DNA of 63,806 bases, filler included, from Octopus bimaculoides (GCF_001194135.2; 5 parts of 5 records of this genome joined end to end with filler, not necessarily neighbours in it); one strand, 5' to 3'. Numbered from the whole stretch's first letter, positions 38,448 through 51,969 are shown. Translations and numbers: made by a program. Notes: generated by a model not told the origin, from the sequence alone.

Positions 38448-38680
38448 ATCATCATCATCATCACCATCATCATCGTTTAACGTCCGCTTTCCATGCTAGC
38501 ATGGGTTGGACGATTTGACTGAGGACTGGCAAGCCAGAAAGCTGCATCAGGCTCCAATCTGATCTGGCAGAGTTTCTACAGCTGGATGCCCTTCCTAATG
38601 CCAACCACTCCGAGTGTGTAGTGGGTGCTTTTATGTGCCACCGGCATGAAGGCCAATCAGGCGGTACTGGCAACCAATTC
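38448..38680 (-). mobile_element. RTE-derived 3' end / RTE-tailed short element
   Basis: (CAT)n then cgtttaacgtccgctttccatgctagcatgggttgga...acagctggatgcccttcctaatgccaacc. A second copy lies at 41890-42110. Confidence 0.85.
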
Positions 38681-39444
38681 CAGTATTTCACATTTATTGA
38701 ATCTGGAAGAATGAAAGGTAAAGCTGACCTCAATGAAATTTGAACTCAGAATATAAAGAACCATGTCTAAATTCTGCAAGAGATTGTTTTTTTTTTTTCT
38801 GACATGCTAATAATTCTGTCAATCCACTGCTATTTTTAACTTTAGATATTGAAGTTTCCAGAAGATTCTCATCAAAGAAGAGTTACCAAAGCCAATAAAA
38901 TAAGGAAAGAAATGGTATGAAATATAAAATCAATATATAAAATTTAGACAAATTTTCCAAGACATGAAAGAAATAAAAAATATAGACAAGAATGATTTTT
39001 TTAAAAATCGTTTATCTTATCTTTAATTTTCAGAGTAAAATTATATTTTAGAAGAATTTGTAAACAAATGGACAGGAAAAAAAATCATTCTACAGTATCA
39101 TTGTCTTGCAGCAATCTATCTCAGATTTTCAAACTTCTTTGGACAGTAACAACAGCAGTAGAAACAATGAACCAAAGAATGAGGCTGCATGCAATAGTTT
39201 GACCTGCTAGAAATAGCAGCCAAATCTCACATTCAAATCATACACTACTGTCTTATAAAAAGAAGATGCTGAGTAATTTAGAACTAGATAGACTGGCTGA
39301 AGAAATTGCAATAATACCAATTATCAGTATAGAATAGACATCTGGTCGTATAATCACCAGCTAGATGGCCAAGGCTGGAATGTCTTTGAGCATGGGTTTG
39401 CTTGTTCAGGGCTCATCTAGAGCTACTTGACAATGTTATTGTTG

Positions 39445-39826
39445 TTGGCACTCCGTCGCTTACGATATCGAGGGTTCCAGTTGATCCGATCAACGGAACA
39501 GCCTGCTCGTGAAATTAACGTGCAAGTGCCTGAGCACTCCACAGACACGTGTACCCTTAACGTAGTTCTCGGGGATATTCAGCGTGACACAGTATGACAA
39601 GGCTGACCCTTTGAATTACAGGTACAACAGAAACAGGAAGTAAGAGTGAGAGAAAGATATGGTGAAAGAGTACAGCAGGGTTCACCACCATCCCCTGCCG
39701 GAGCCTCGTGAAGCTTTTAGGTGTTTTCGCTCAATAAACACTCACAACGCCCGGTTTGGGAATCGAAACTACGATCCTATGACCGCGAGTCTGCTGCCCT
39801 GACCACTGGGCCATTGCACCTCCACA
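39445..39826 (-). mobile_element. SINE family D, full length
   Basis: Pol III head (ggtgcaatggcccagtggtcagggcagcag...gtttcgattccc), body, and tail ending in (CAA)n-like ttgttgttggcactccgtcg. Confidence 0.9.
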
Positions 39827-39949
39827 GTTGACAATGTTAATCTTACTGACAAACTACTGGTGAGTAATTACTTAATAACAAGTTTAGGTTAGATTCAGAG
39901 AGATAAAGATCAAACCAACTATATTTAAATTTTTGTGTACTTCTGAAAA

Positions 39950-40300
39950 TAACATTTACTCACATAGGGGACTACATCCAGAAACAGCCACCTCACGACT
40001 TAAAGTTCAACTATTAAAGGACATACTCCAGCCTTTGGCACATGGGTATGCTGTCTCTTCTTGCTACTATAATGGCCTCTGTTCCTTAGAACTTGCTGAT
40101 GTCATACCACCACCACTCAGGCATCCCCCAACCAACTTGTCTTTCCAACTCTCATCATTCTTGATTCATCCCACCCTTTCCAGTGCCCCAGTAATTCTTA
40201 TACTTAATCCTTTCTTTCCAGGACATTGACCCTCAAGAGTGTCCTTCCTGCATGTGTTGACCTGCATTAATTTGAATAGAACATTAATGGCATTCATTGT
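39950..40300 (+). mobile_element. CR1-group LINE 3' end
   Basis: DILQPLAHGYAVSSCYYNGLCSLELADVIPPPLRH...HP...PFFPG, compared with the consensus LQPLAHRRxVxSL...YxGxCSxEL...IPP...SFFP. Confidence 0.75.
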
Positions 40301-41889
40301 TAGTCACAGAAGCAGAATTAGTTCAAAATAGCAAAGGTTCAGGGAATGGAGCAGGTAAATCTGAACTACATATGTTTCCAAGCCAACCTGAACGTGTTTT
40401 ACATAACTCAAAGGTGTAACATATATATTCACCTTAGCTTTTTTCAGGTATGACTACCTGCGGGTAACCATTTTGGATGTGAAACTGCAACATGTGTAAC
40501 TAAATAAATTTTAAAAGTTTACTTAACAAACCCATTTTATTTTTGTTGTCTACACAAGAGTATTGAGTTACTCCATTTTCGCCAGTATCTTAAAAGAAAA
40601 TTATTTGGCAATGTTTGGAGGAGGATGAAAAAGAAGGAAGACNNNNNNNNNNAGTAGGAAGAGGAGGCAGAAGAGGAGGAGGAAGAGGAGAAGGAGAAAG
40701 AAAGAGGAGCAGAGGGAATAGGAATAGGAAGAAGAAGAAGAAGAAGAAGAAGAAGAGAAAGAAGAAGAGGAGAAAGTGGAGTAGGAAGAGGAGGCAGAAG
40801 AGGAGGAGGAAGAGGAGGAGGATTTAGACACTAGGCCAGCAAATTTGAGAGGTGGGAACTAATAGGTGCTCCCTATCTACCCCAGTACTTGATTGTAAAT
40901 TTTATGTTAGTGCTAAGCAACATTGACCTCAGCAGGATATGAACTCAGAATCTAAACAACTGGAACAAAGGAAACAAATACCACAAGGCATTATTTATTC
41001 TTGTCAGATGATGCTCTAAGTGATTCTTCCAATCCAGTGCTGAATTGTTTTGAAACACATATCAAAGAATAACCAAATGATGCTGAGACAAAGAGAATAA
41101 AGAACCAGGGAGGAGAAAACAAAACAAGTTACAACAAAACATCTTGTATTTTTATTTAATTATTTATGCTTTCATTTTTATATGCTTTTTGGCTTTCTTG
41201 TTATTTCTCTTTGTTTTTCAAATTTGTTTTAATATTCATTTTATAATTTTATTCGATTTTTCATTTATTTATTCATATATTTTTATTTATTTTTTTTGTG
41301 TGAATTTTACTGGACACATCTTTTTTCTTTCGTTTTTTTTTTTAGATATTTTTATATAATGGCTTTCTGTTATAATTTTTATTTAAATTTTTCTTGTTAA
41401 TATTTTCTTTTTTTTTATAAAATTTTGGTATTATTTTTTGATGAATTTGTTTTCATTGTTTTTCATTCCAAAGAATTTTTACAATTTTCTTTTACAGATG
41501 ATTTTCCTGAATTTTTCTGATCTTTTGTGACTTTTGTGTTATTTTAAAATATTTTTTGAGTAATGTTTTTTTGTGAAATTTTGCTAATATTTTGTAATGT
41601 TTTAAATGATACTTTTTTCTTCTACATTTTCTAGGGGAAGGGGAATTTTTCAATACTGATTTTTTATTTTTTTGTGGGGATGGGGTGATTTAAAAAACAT
41701 GTTACTTCTTGTGCTTTCAATCAATGATTATCATTATTATTATCATTATTGTTATTATTATTATTACTATTATTATTATTTATGGTATTATCTTTTCTTC
41801 AAATGATCTTATACTTGATACTTTTGCTTACTCTTAATTCGATTTTTGCCACATGTGTATGATCCTATACATGTGTGTACATGTATATG

Positions 41890-42110
41890 ATCATCATCAT
41901 TATCATTGTTTAAAGTCCACTTTCCATGGTGGCATGAGTTGGATGGTTTGACTGAGGACAGGCAAGCCAGGAGGCTGCACTAGACTTCAATCTGATCTCA
42001 CAAGTTTCTACAGCTGGATGCCCTTCCTAATGCCAACCACTCCGAGAGCGTAGTGGGTGCTTTTATGTGCCACTGGCACAAGAGCCAGTCAGGCAGCACT
42101 GGCATCAATC
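41890..42110 (-). mobile_element. RTE-derived 3' end (second copy)
   Basis: Near-collinear with 38448-38680. Confidence 0.85.
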
Positions 42111-42114
42111 AGTG

Positions 42115-42147
<33 letters not shown>

Positions 42148-43569
42148 TGAATAGATAGATAGATACATACATACATACATACATACATATGTATATACAT
42201 ATACTCATGTACTCATGAATTTATACATATATGCATATATATATATATATNNNNNNNNNNNNNNNNNNNNNNNNNNNNNNNNNNNNNNNNNNNNNNNNNN
42301 NNNNNNNNNNNNNNNNNNNNNNNNNNNNNNNNNNNNNNNNNNNNNNNNNNNNNNNNNNNNNNNNNNNNNNNATATATGCATATATATATATACACATATA
42401 TATATTATAATTTTGGGTCAGGTTTTATTCTCTAGCTTCTTTCAGCTGATTTTGTAAACCATATCAGATAAATAAACAAAAAAAAACAAACAAAAAAAAC
42501 AAACAATAATATTAGTGAAAAAGGAAACAAACAATAGAATGAAAAAATTTTAATAAAGCAAACAATTAAAATTGGAATTAATTATTGATGTTAGTTCATT
42601 TTACATTGTATTTTGTCTTCAGCTTTTGTTTTTTGTTTTGTTTTTTACCTTCGTTCTTATTGTTATTGCAGTTTATTTTCACCCACTGTGAAATGTGTGT
42701 GTGTGTGCATATGCACACATACTTAGGTGTATGCATGCGTGTTTGCATGTGCGCATGTGTGCATGCGTGGGTGTATATCTCTTTGTGTGTATTCATGTAT
42801 ATATATATACATATGTTTATCTGGTCATAATATGTGCATGTTAATGTGTACATATGTATCCATATGTATATATATATATGTGTGTGTATGTTAATGTGTA
42901 TATATGTACCTATCTATCTATCTATATATATATATATATATATNNNNNNNNNNNNNNNNNNNNNNNNNNNNNNNNNNNNNNNNNNNNNNNNNNNATGTTA
43001 ATGTGTACATATGTATCCATATGTATATATATATACATATACATATATATATATCCTTCTATGTGTATATATCTCTGTAGCTGTGTCAGTGTGTGTTGCA
43101 TATACATCCTTCTGTGTGTGTGAGTGAGATTGACTATGCGTGTTTTATAGTATATGTATGTGTGTGTGTGTGTGTGTGTGTGTGCATGCATGTATGCCTC
43201 TGTGTGTGTGTTTGTCGACTTGATTTCACTCATGTCTCCATGTGTCACAGAATATGTGGCTGTGCTTGTGTGCATGCATGCATGATTGGTTATATGTTTG
43301 CATGTGCATCTATGTGCATCTGTGTATGTGCACATGTGTTTGTGCATCTGTCTTTAACTTCTTTACTTTTCAAAAGAATTAAACATGAAAATTAAAAATC
43401 ACATCTTTTGAATTGCTCTCTTTAGCTAATGGCACTCATCAAGCGCCTCTTTCCTCCATGTTGCCTCACACTCTTTCACTCCCTCGCATTTCCTCTTTCC
43501 TTCTTTCTCTCTCTCTTTCTTTCTTTATTTGTCATTTTGTTCTTTTACTTCTCTGTCTCCTACTCTCTT

Positions 43570-44310
43570 TCATTCAGCATCATCAGCAACAACAACAACA
43601 ACAATATAAATAACAGCAACAGCAGCAACAGCAGCAGCAGCAACAGCTACAACTGCAACAACAAAACCAAACAAAATCTCCAACAGCAACAAGAAGACTA
43701 TCATCTACTTCTTCTTCATCATCGTCTTCTTTCTCTTCCTCTTCTACTCCTGTTTCTTCTTCTTCTTCTTCTTATCATTATTATTCTTATTATTATTATT
43801 ATTATTATTATTCTACATCTTCTTTGTCTTCTTCTTCTTCTTCTCCTTCTTTTTCTCCTCCTTCCATCCTCCTCCCCTCCCCTCTTATTCCTCTCTTCCT
43901 TCTTTTCTGCTTCATCTTCCTCCTCTTCCTTCCTCTTCCTTCTCCCCTTCTTCCCCATCCTTCTTCTTGTCTGTCTCTTCTACCTCCACTTCTTCCTCCT
44001 CCTCCTCCTTCTTCTCATCTACTACTTCTCCTTTCTCCTCCTATTCTGCCTCTTCCTCCTCCACCTCCTCCTTTTCCCCTTCCTTCTCGTCTTCCTCCTC
44101 CTTCTCATCTGCCATTTCTTTCTTTCTCCTCCTATTCTGCCTCTTCCTCCTCCTACTCCTCTTCTCCTCTTCCTCCTCCTCCTTATCCTCATCCTCAACA
44201 CTTTATTGCTCTTGTCATCATTGTTATTCTTCTTCTCCCTCTTCCCTCTATCCATCATCCTCCTTCCCTCCCCCCTCCCTCCACTTTTTCTTTCTCTTTC
44301 CTCTCTATTT
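43570..44310. repeat. (CAA/CAG)n followed by about 600 bp of (CTT/CCT)n polypyrimidine tract
   Basis: Direct reading; includes an internal duplication of about 90 bp (ttctcctcctattctgcctcttcctcctcc at about 44030 and 44125). Confidence 0.93.
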
Positions 44311-44695
44311 AAATAGGCAATTCATTTGATAAATTTTCAATTGCTTTGGCTCTGCAGGATAATTGCAAAGCTACTACAAGACTCTTGCCCAGTGCCAATG
44401 ATCGTATCTGTTTCTTGTAGTCTGTTTATTATTAGTATTATTGTTATTTTTTTTGTGTCTGTGGAGTGGAGTGAGGGTTTATTTTTATATTTTTTCCTGA
44501 AATATTTTGCATTATTTTGTTACATTTATTTTTTAAAATTATTTTTTAAAATTTCATGTTATATTTATTTTTCTAGCTTGTCATTAATTCTTTTATCTCA
44601 AACTAATTAAGGAATGCCTCCAACTACCCTAACCATACCATCCCCATTCATGCATGAACATACACATATATATACACACACACATGCACAAATGT

Positions 44696-44730
<35 letters not shown>

Positions 44731-46599
44731 ACTCACATCAGGCACAACAGTATGAGCACAGCCACCCACCCATATGACAATGCCATGCATGAAGAAAAGA
44801 ACCCCAGCTATTTTCCAAGCAATGACCTCGTAGGGTCATTGTACAAAAATAAAAAAATGGATATGTATAGAAATAAATATAACTTATAAAAGCAGTACAC
44901 GCACACACACACACACACATGCACACGTACACACGTATATCCATATACACACTCAAACACACACATACACTTATTCAAACATGCATATACAAAAGCCACC
45001 CTGGATAAATCAGACAGACCAATGGTTTACTGCTCCTGGGAGGTGGGGGGGGCGGATATAGTGGGACTTGAATAACCCTGGCTGGATCAACAAGAAGAAG
45101 AGTGTTAAGGAGCTGATGTGCAAAGACTCAAAACCCCCTAAGATGCCAGAAACATCACTGATGATGCATCTCACAGTACCCATGAGATGTGTTTTGGAAC
45201 TATATGTGTATGTATATATATATAATGGAAGGTTTTGAGATGATGTACAGGAATTAGGTACTCAGATATCTGGATGGTTGTACATTTACAGATTTTTATT
45301 AATATGTCACATGTTTTATAAATATTAGTGCTTGCACCTATTCTAAGACAGAAAGTGAAAGAAGCCTGTCGTATATATATATATATATATATGTTCATAC
45401 ATGTTTAAACTTACAAATACATAAAACTCGCATATGTTCCTAGATGTATATGCACGCATACTCAAAACTGCATAAATACAGACACACATATTCATACACG
45501 CATGCTCCTATGCATACACTTACACATATTTTTAAATACACAAACACACACATATTCAGATTGTTGACCTTGCACCTCCTCCCAATCAATCCCCACCGAC
45601 CCATCCTGCAAAAAAAAAAAAGGCAGAGCACTTCCTCTAATTCTTCCTTGACTCTATGACTCCATGACTCTATGATTCTATGGCTCTTTGACTCTACATT
45701 GCATCACTTCTTTCTTATGTGTCACTTCACCGATATTCTTGCATTAATTTTACTAGTGAACTTCTGGTAAGAGAGAAAGATGAAGTGAGAGAGAGAGAGA
45801 GGTGGTGGGAGGAGGGATGGGAAGAGGGAAAGAGAGAGAGAGAAATTAGCATAGGAAAGGTGGGAGGACATGTTATGTAGGAGGAGCTCTGTTTTGATTC
45901 CCTTTTGGTATATGGGTATGGGGTACGGGCTGGGATCAATGGGGGCAGTTCTTATTTCAACATTTCAAGCATAAAAATATTAAACACAAATATAACAATC
46001 AAAATCAATAAATTATGTTTTTTTAAAACTTGAAATTNNNNNNNNNNNNNNNNNNNNNNNNNNNNNNNNNNNNNNNNNNNNNNNNNNNNNNNNNNNNNNN
46101 NNNNNNNNNNNNNNNNNNNNNNNNNNNNNNNNNNNNNNNNNNNNNNNNNNNNNNNNNNNNNNNNNNNNNNNNNNNNNNNNNNNNNNNNNNNNNNNNNNNN
46201 NNNNNNNNNNNNNNNNNNNNNNNNNNNNNNNNNNNNNNNNNNNNNNNNNNNNNNNNNNNNNNNNNNNNNNNNNNNNNNNNNNNNNNNNNNNNNNNNNNNN
46301 NNNNNNNNNNNNNNNNNNNNNNNNNNNNNNNNNNNNNNNNNNNNNNNNNNNNNNNNNNNNNNNNNNNNNNNNNNNNNNNNNNNNNNNNNNNTCTCTTTTT
46401 TACTTTGGATCATTGAAATCAGTTTCAATATTTCAATCCCGTCATTCATATTCCTTCTGTTTTCAGGGTAAAGTGGCTTTGAGAAGCTTGAATCAAAAGC
46501 CAATGTGTACAGAGAGATGTAAGGTCGTGTTGTGGAAACATTAAAACAAGTAAATAAATATGCCTACTGAAATAATAATTATTTAAAATTTTTGCCTCA

Positions 46600-46925
46600 A
46601 GAGCAGCTTGAGGGAGGGGGGAATGAGTCGATTACATCGACCCCAGTGTTTAACTGGTACTTAATTTATCGACCTCGAATCAATGAAAGGCAAAGTTGAC
46701 ATCGGCAGAATTTGAAAACAGAACGGAACGACGAGCGAAATACCACTGGGCATTTCGTCCAGCATGCTAACGACTCTGTTCTACCATGGGCACAAGGCCT
46801 GCAATTTTGGGGGAGGAGACTAGTCAATAACATCAACCCCAGTGTTTCACTGGTACTTATTTCATCGACCCCGAAAGGATGAAAGGCAAAGTTAACCTCG
46901 GTGGAATTTGAACTCAGAACATAAA
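46600..46925 (-). mobile_element. Two tandem SINE family B copies
   Basis: Cores at about 46610-46775 and 46785-46925. Confidence 0.85.
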
Positions 46926-46942
46926 GGCAGGTGAATAGTCAC

Positions 46943-46991
<49 letters not shown>

Positions 46992-47008
46992 GTAATAGTA
47001 ATAATAAT
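46943..47008. repeat. (TAA)n microsatellite
   Basis: Direct reading; abuts the Dong fragment. Confidence 0.97.
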
Positions 47009-47385
47009 GAGCTTGAGGAAATGGACAGGGAAGCTAGAAAAGTGATGACAATTAACAAGCAATACTAACAGACTGTGTGTGCCTAGAAACAGGGTAGGAA
47101 AAAGTCTCATAGAATGTAAGATCTGCGTTGTCGATGAGAAGAACAATCTGGGATGGTACATCAAACAGCAGAGGGAATCCTTGCTTACCACTGTTAGAAC
47201 TAACAATACAATACCCACCAAAAATGTGATGCACTCACAAACATTTAAGATACAAGATGAACAAGACAGAGTAAACAACTGGAAGAGGAAATCACTGCAT
47301 GGGCAGAGAAATCGAAGGAAAAGACTTGATCAACTCTTGGAGATGGTTAAGAAAAAGTTACCTGAAAGGATGCACTGAGGCATTG
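47009..47385 (+). mobile_element. R4/Dong-clade LINE fragment (RT C-terminus to pre-CCHC)
   Basis: ELEEMDREARKVMTIN../DRLCVPRNRVGKSLIEC...WKRKSLHGQ/REIEGKDLINSWRWLRKSYLKGCTEAL, matching the LDRKTRKxM, DRLYxPRxxGGRGL, WxxKxLHGQ and SWxWL..LKxxTEA motifs. Confidence 0.85.
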
Positions 47386-48079
47386 AATGGCGACAATTTA
47401 CTGCATGTACCATGTATATGTATATCTAAAACATTTACATGAATATTCCACACACCTATGTGCATTCTCTGTACTTGATGCACCTCAACAGCTCATATGT
47501 ATTTTATTAATTAAATTATCTTGGAGACATTCTGTTCTTCTAGGCATTCCATTTTTTTAGGCATTCCCACAACAACAAACACACATACAAACAGAGAGGA
47601 GAAAAATTCATGGAATTAGAAATTCATTTCATTTTTTTTTTTTTGGTAATTTATTCGTACTATTCTTATGCTAATTCTATATTTTTTGCTCATTTACATA
47701 TGTGTTGTATATTCTCAGACATGTGTGCATGTACGTATGAGTGTGGATGCATGACTGTGTGCATGTATGTATGTTTGTACGTATGTATGTTTTTATTTAT
47801 GTATATATGTATGTTTGTATGTATGTTTGAATGTTTGTATGAATGTGTGTATGTATGTATGTATGTGTGTATGTATGTATGTATGCATGCATGCATGTAT
47901 GTATGTATGTATGTATGTTTGTATATATGATTGGAAGACTTCTTTTGGAGCTTATTTTGTCTGGCAGCATTCTTGTGCCAAGATTCTAAAGAAAAGATAA
48001 TAAATTTTAAAAGTAAATGATTTCTTGAGAGTCTTTTTTTCATGAGGGGAGTGGGGTGCAGGCAGTCGTGTTTGCAGTA

Positions 48080-48530
48080 ACAACCTTTAAATTTTAAAAA
48101 GGTTTGTCAGATTCCTCTTGTGTCTAACATGGTTATCAATGATACCCAATGAAATACAGAGCAACAGCATTTCTTCAAGAATCCAATTTCGATGATATTG
48201 CATAATTGGACTGGACTGCCTGTGTTCAGTCCACTGCAAGACAAAGACCTCAGCATGTTCTCTCCACCGACCATGGTTTGATGTGGAGGCCATGAAGTTG
48301 AGCTTGAGATTCTTACTGGTTTTATGAGTGTGCAGTGGTCTACGTAGCTAAATAGTTGAATGATCTCCCTTGCATGAAAGATTATAGAGTAACCTCCCTT
48401 TTCTAAGTTTCTTGAAGCCTCTATGTCATGAGACCTGATTCTTAATTATTCAAGAAGCTTACCGTTTCTCTTGGAAGTTTCTAGAATGTCTAACGTTCCA
48501 TTAATAAAAACAGCTTGCTTGCCCTGCTCT
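48080..48530 (-). mobile_element. Degenerate APE endonuclease of an RTE-like LINE
   Basis: INGTLDILETSKRNGKLLE*LRIRSHDI...GGENML...NII.IGF, compared with the APE motifs GTLNxRTL..GKLxEL...DI...GGVGML..RI...F. Confidence 0.5.
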
Positions 48531-49089
48531 TTGCTTCTTAATTGATTAGACTTAGAGCCATTCACGTCATTGCTATGTCTGTCTATTTCTCTATACCATA
48601 TGACTGAAAGCCACCACTTAGCTGTTATTTCTACATTTTCTATCTCTGGACTTTCTTGCATAGATTACTTCATTCAACTAGATTCTACATTTTGATTCTA
48701 TGTATCATCATCACGGCCATGCTGGTACATTTTCAGTTGTTGTTTTTTTTTATAAGGACAATTGGTTTGTAATTTGAAGAAGATTTGGTTGTATTGTTTT
48801 GCAGGCTGAGTAACTACAAAGGGACTCTACCATAAGATTCATTGTGATAATGTTGCTCACTAAATCAAGCAAACTGGAATGAACAACAATGCTTCTCCTT
48901 ATATCATGTCAGTTTTCGGACCTCATTTAGAAATTGGTGGAAGAAAACCACTTTCAAAATTCCTAAAAATACTTTCAGACATAAAGGAATGATTGCCTTT
49001 ACAGTTTGAAAAATTCTTTTTAATTTTTTTATCAGTATTAGAGAGAAGGTGTTGGCATTATTATCACTATTATTATTATTATTATTATA

Positions 49090-49129
<40 letters not shown>

Positions 49130-49330
49130 CATCGTTATTATTATCATCATTCTTCTTATTATTATTATTATTCTTATTATTATCATTGTTGTTGTTTGTT
49201 AAAATAGACATTCCAAGGAAATATATATATNNNNNNNNNNNNNNNNNNNNNNNNNNNNNNNNNNNNNNNNNNNNTTAATTAATTAANNNNNNNNNNNNNN
49301 NNNNNNNNNNNNNNNNNNNNNNNNNNNNNN

Positions 49331-49361
<31 letters not shown>

Positions 49362-49365
<4 letters not shown>

Positions 49366-49657
49366 AACTCTCCCGTCGAAGACCACGTATGAGCGTTTAA
49401 CTTTTGCCGAACGACCTGCACAAGTGATTTGTTTATAGTGATCAAATGTTCGCGCGGCACATTAGGTCACTCTTTTCATCAAATCGATGTTATCTGAACT
49501 GGTGCACTGTGTTCCACATGTCAAGTGTCGAAATGATCGCAGTGCAAGGTGAGATGAAGTGTTTTGTTCAAGAAAACAACACACCACCCGGTCTAGGAAT
49601 TGAAAACACGGTCTCCACATCGAGAGTGCAACGCCCTGACTACTTGGTTATATGCAT
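49362..49657 (-). mobile_element. tRNA-derived SINE (family C-related head, distinct body)
   Basis: Minus-strand head ccaagtagtcagggcgttgcac...gttttcaattcctagaccggg...ttcttgaacaaaacacttcatctc, with body ...gatcactataaacaaatc. Confidence 0.7.
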
Positions 49658-51969
49658 ATAATGTAGTCGAGTAGTACATAAAAGTATAGAAGCTCAAAAT
49701 TTCTTTTTTCTCTGACTTAAGTCATAAGTTGTGAGAAATGAGCATATATTTATTTTTGAGTATGACTTCCATATGATTACAGACGTTTCATAATCTTCTT
49801 CATGCAGCATTATTAATTTCGGTATGCAAAACTTCACGTACATGTTTGCATCAATATGTAGGCACACCGTTATACAATACAATCGTATATTCACAAAATA
49901 ATGCAAATAAAGAATGCTAACTCACCAGATCACTGGAACATCATGGTTACATTTACGAATCAATTCTAAATATAAATATAGAATTTGCCCTATTATTTAC
50001 AATGTACGGGATGCCAGAATTGAACAAGATTACAATAATTTGGTCAGTAAAAGGAAAATAATAGAGCAAGGACAAATATTATGGTGCTATTCTTTACAGA
50101 AAAATGTCACCCATGAACGCACTCATGTCAGTTAAGTTAAAGCGCTCAAAAGAATTTTTATATTTTCCCAACAAAATATATAAATAGAAACATTTGAAGC
50201 AATATTTAGACCGAGTTGGAGCAATGTTGAACCGCAAAATGCTACGATTTTGAATTCTACTGATTTTTCTAAACTTGTTTCTTTTAGATGTAGTATGAGC
50301 CAATGCAATTTGGTTTTATTTATAGACCCTAGTTTATTCTTAGTCATATATATTCTTGTTTTCCCTCAATGTTTCTAACTATAAGCACTGAGTTATTATA
50401 TTTATTATTAGTAATATTTTTACCCTCATTAAATTTCATGTTTTTTAGTTGTTGATGAACAGTTATTTTCGTTTTTTTTTTATATCTATCGTCAGTATTG
50501 GTATTAAGATTAACATTTGAAACCTTATTCCCACCTAAAATTCTATTATGCATATTCCGGAGGTTACTTTTATTAGCTTTACTAAAATTATTATAATCAT
50601 CATAATGTTTGTAACTTATTTGGGTATTTAGTAGTAATTAAATTTTGAAATTTAACACCATTTGAATTATCTTCAATGATATTACTATCCTTGATTGGTC
50701 TGTTATTTACATAAGAGTTTTGTTTGTTTCTAGCGCTTTTTCATACAATAACTTTCTCATAAAATCTAACATTAGTATTAATCCGAGTAGAACGTACAGC
50801 ATGTAATCCTAATATAATTAGTAGTACTAGGAATATCACAGGAATTCGGAAGGTAATTTACGTTTTCTTTATAACCAGCCCTAGCTAGAGCATCGTTAGA
50901 GTTAGAGTTAGAGTATGGATATAAGTGAAGAAAATGACCTATCATCGAGAAGCTCCCGCCTTACCCACCCGGCGCTCACAATTGCCAGCACTGCCTCCAC
51001 AAACGACTGCACATTCTCCACACAGCTGAAGTATCTATCAACAGAGAATACGAATTTATTGTTGCCACCAGAGGTACGCCTTCCTAGTGAACTTCAGACT
51101 ATTGGTCACCGACAACCATACTATCTTAACACTGGCAGAGTTTCTAACCACCAATGCCTACGCAGATCACAGGTCGACTTCTCTTGTAACTCCACTACGT
51201 TTGCCTCCATAAACTGGGTGTGCGCACACATACACACATCTATGTACGTATATTTCTCCTCTCTTTCCTTCTTCCCACATATCATCAAACTTCAGTCCAA
51301 CGGCACTTTTTCTTCCTCCCAACAACGCTATTGCAACTACACTAGCACACATCTGTCATGTCCACACTCATAAATACCAAAAGCATGCATGTACCCATAA
51401 ACTCACACACTCACATACACACACACACACTCACACACACACACACACACACACACACTAGATAAACACACAATCACTCATATATGTTCTTCCAGAAAAA
51501 CACAATCATTCATACGTTCACATATAAATACAAGAATGTAATACTCACGTTTACCAATCATCCGTACGGGCATACACCAATGCACACACCCTGCACCCGT
51601 TCGTGCACGAATACGTATACAGCAGGCACTAACATGCACTAACATGCACGTATTCGCGCACACATACACATTCATACAGCCAATAACACATGCAGCTAAT
51701 ATACACAGCTGACTCACACCTTTATACTTGCCCACGGGAGTACTTACACATAACTGACGCACACCCGCACCGATATGTACAGATACCCTACCAAATACGC
51801 ACATAAGATTCAATGAGTTAATGCCCCCACACACATACTAGCTTTCAACTATATGCTAGCTTATACACACACGTACCCCCGTCCACACATGCATAACTGA
51901 CACTCACATATACATACCAGACACCTACATCTACATGTTCATACATCTGGGATATATACACACACCCTT

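Noticed and set aside
42839-43033. Duplicated atgttaatgtgtacatatgtatcc block around a small gap
   Set aside because: Low-complexity tandem unit or gap-edge overlap; assembly-dependent.
43429-44329. 295-aa and overlapping Q/S/L/P-rich ORFs
   Set aside because: Trinucleotide and polypyrimidine repeats are open in several frames at once, with no complex domain and no consistent splice frame.
45015-45065. CCAAT, GC-box and TATA-like motifs in promoter order
   Set aside because: Short motifs with a non-canonical TATA and no downstream exon or CpG island; expected by chance.
50915-51373. 152-aa ORF in C-rich sequence preceded by (GTTAGA)3
   Set aside because: No recognisable motif in any frame, and the hexamer repeats are too few to call telomeric. 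Probably a decayed repeat.
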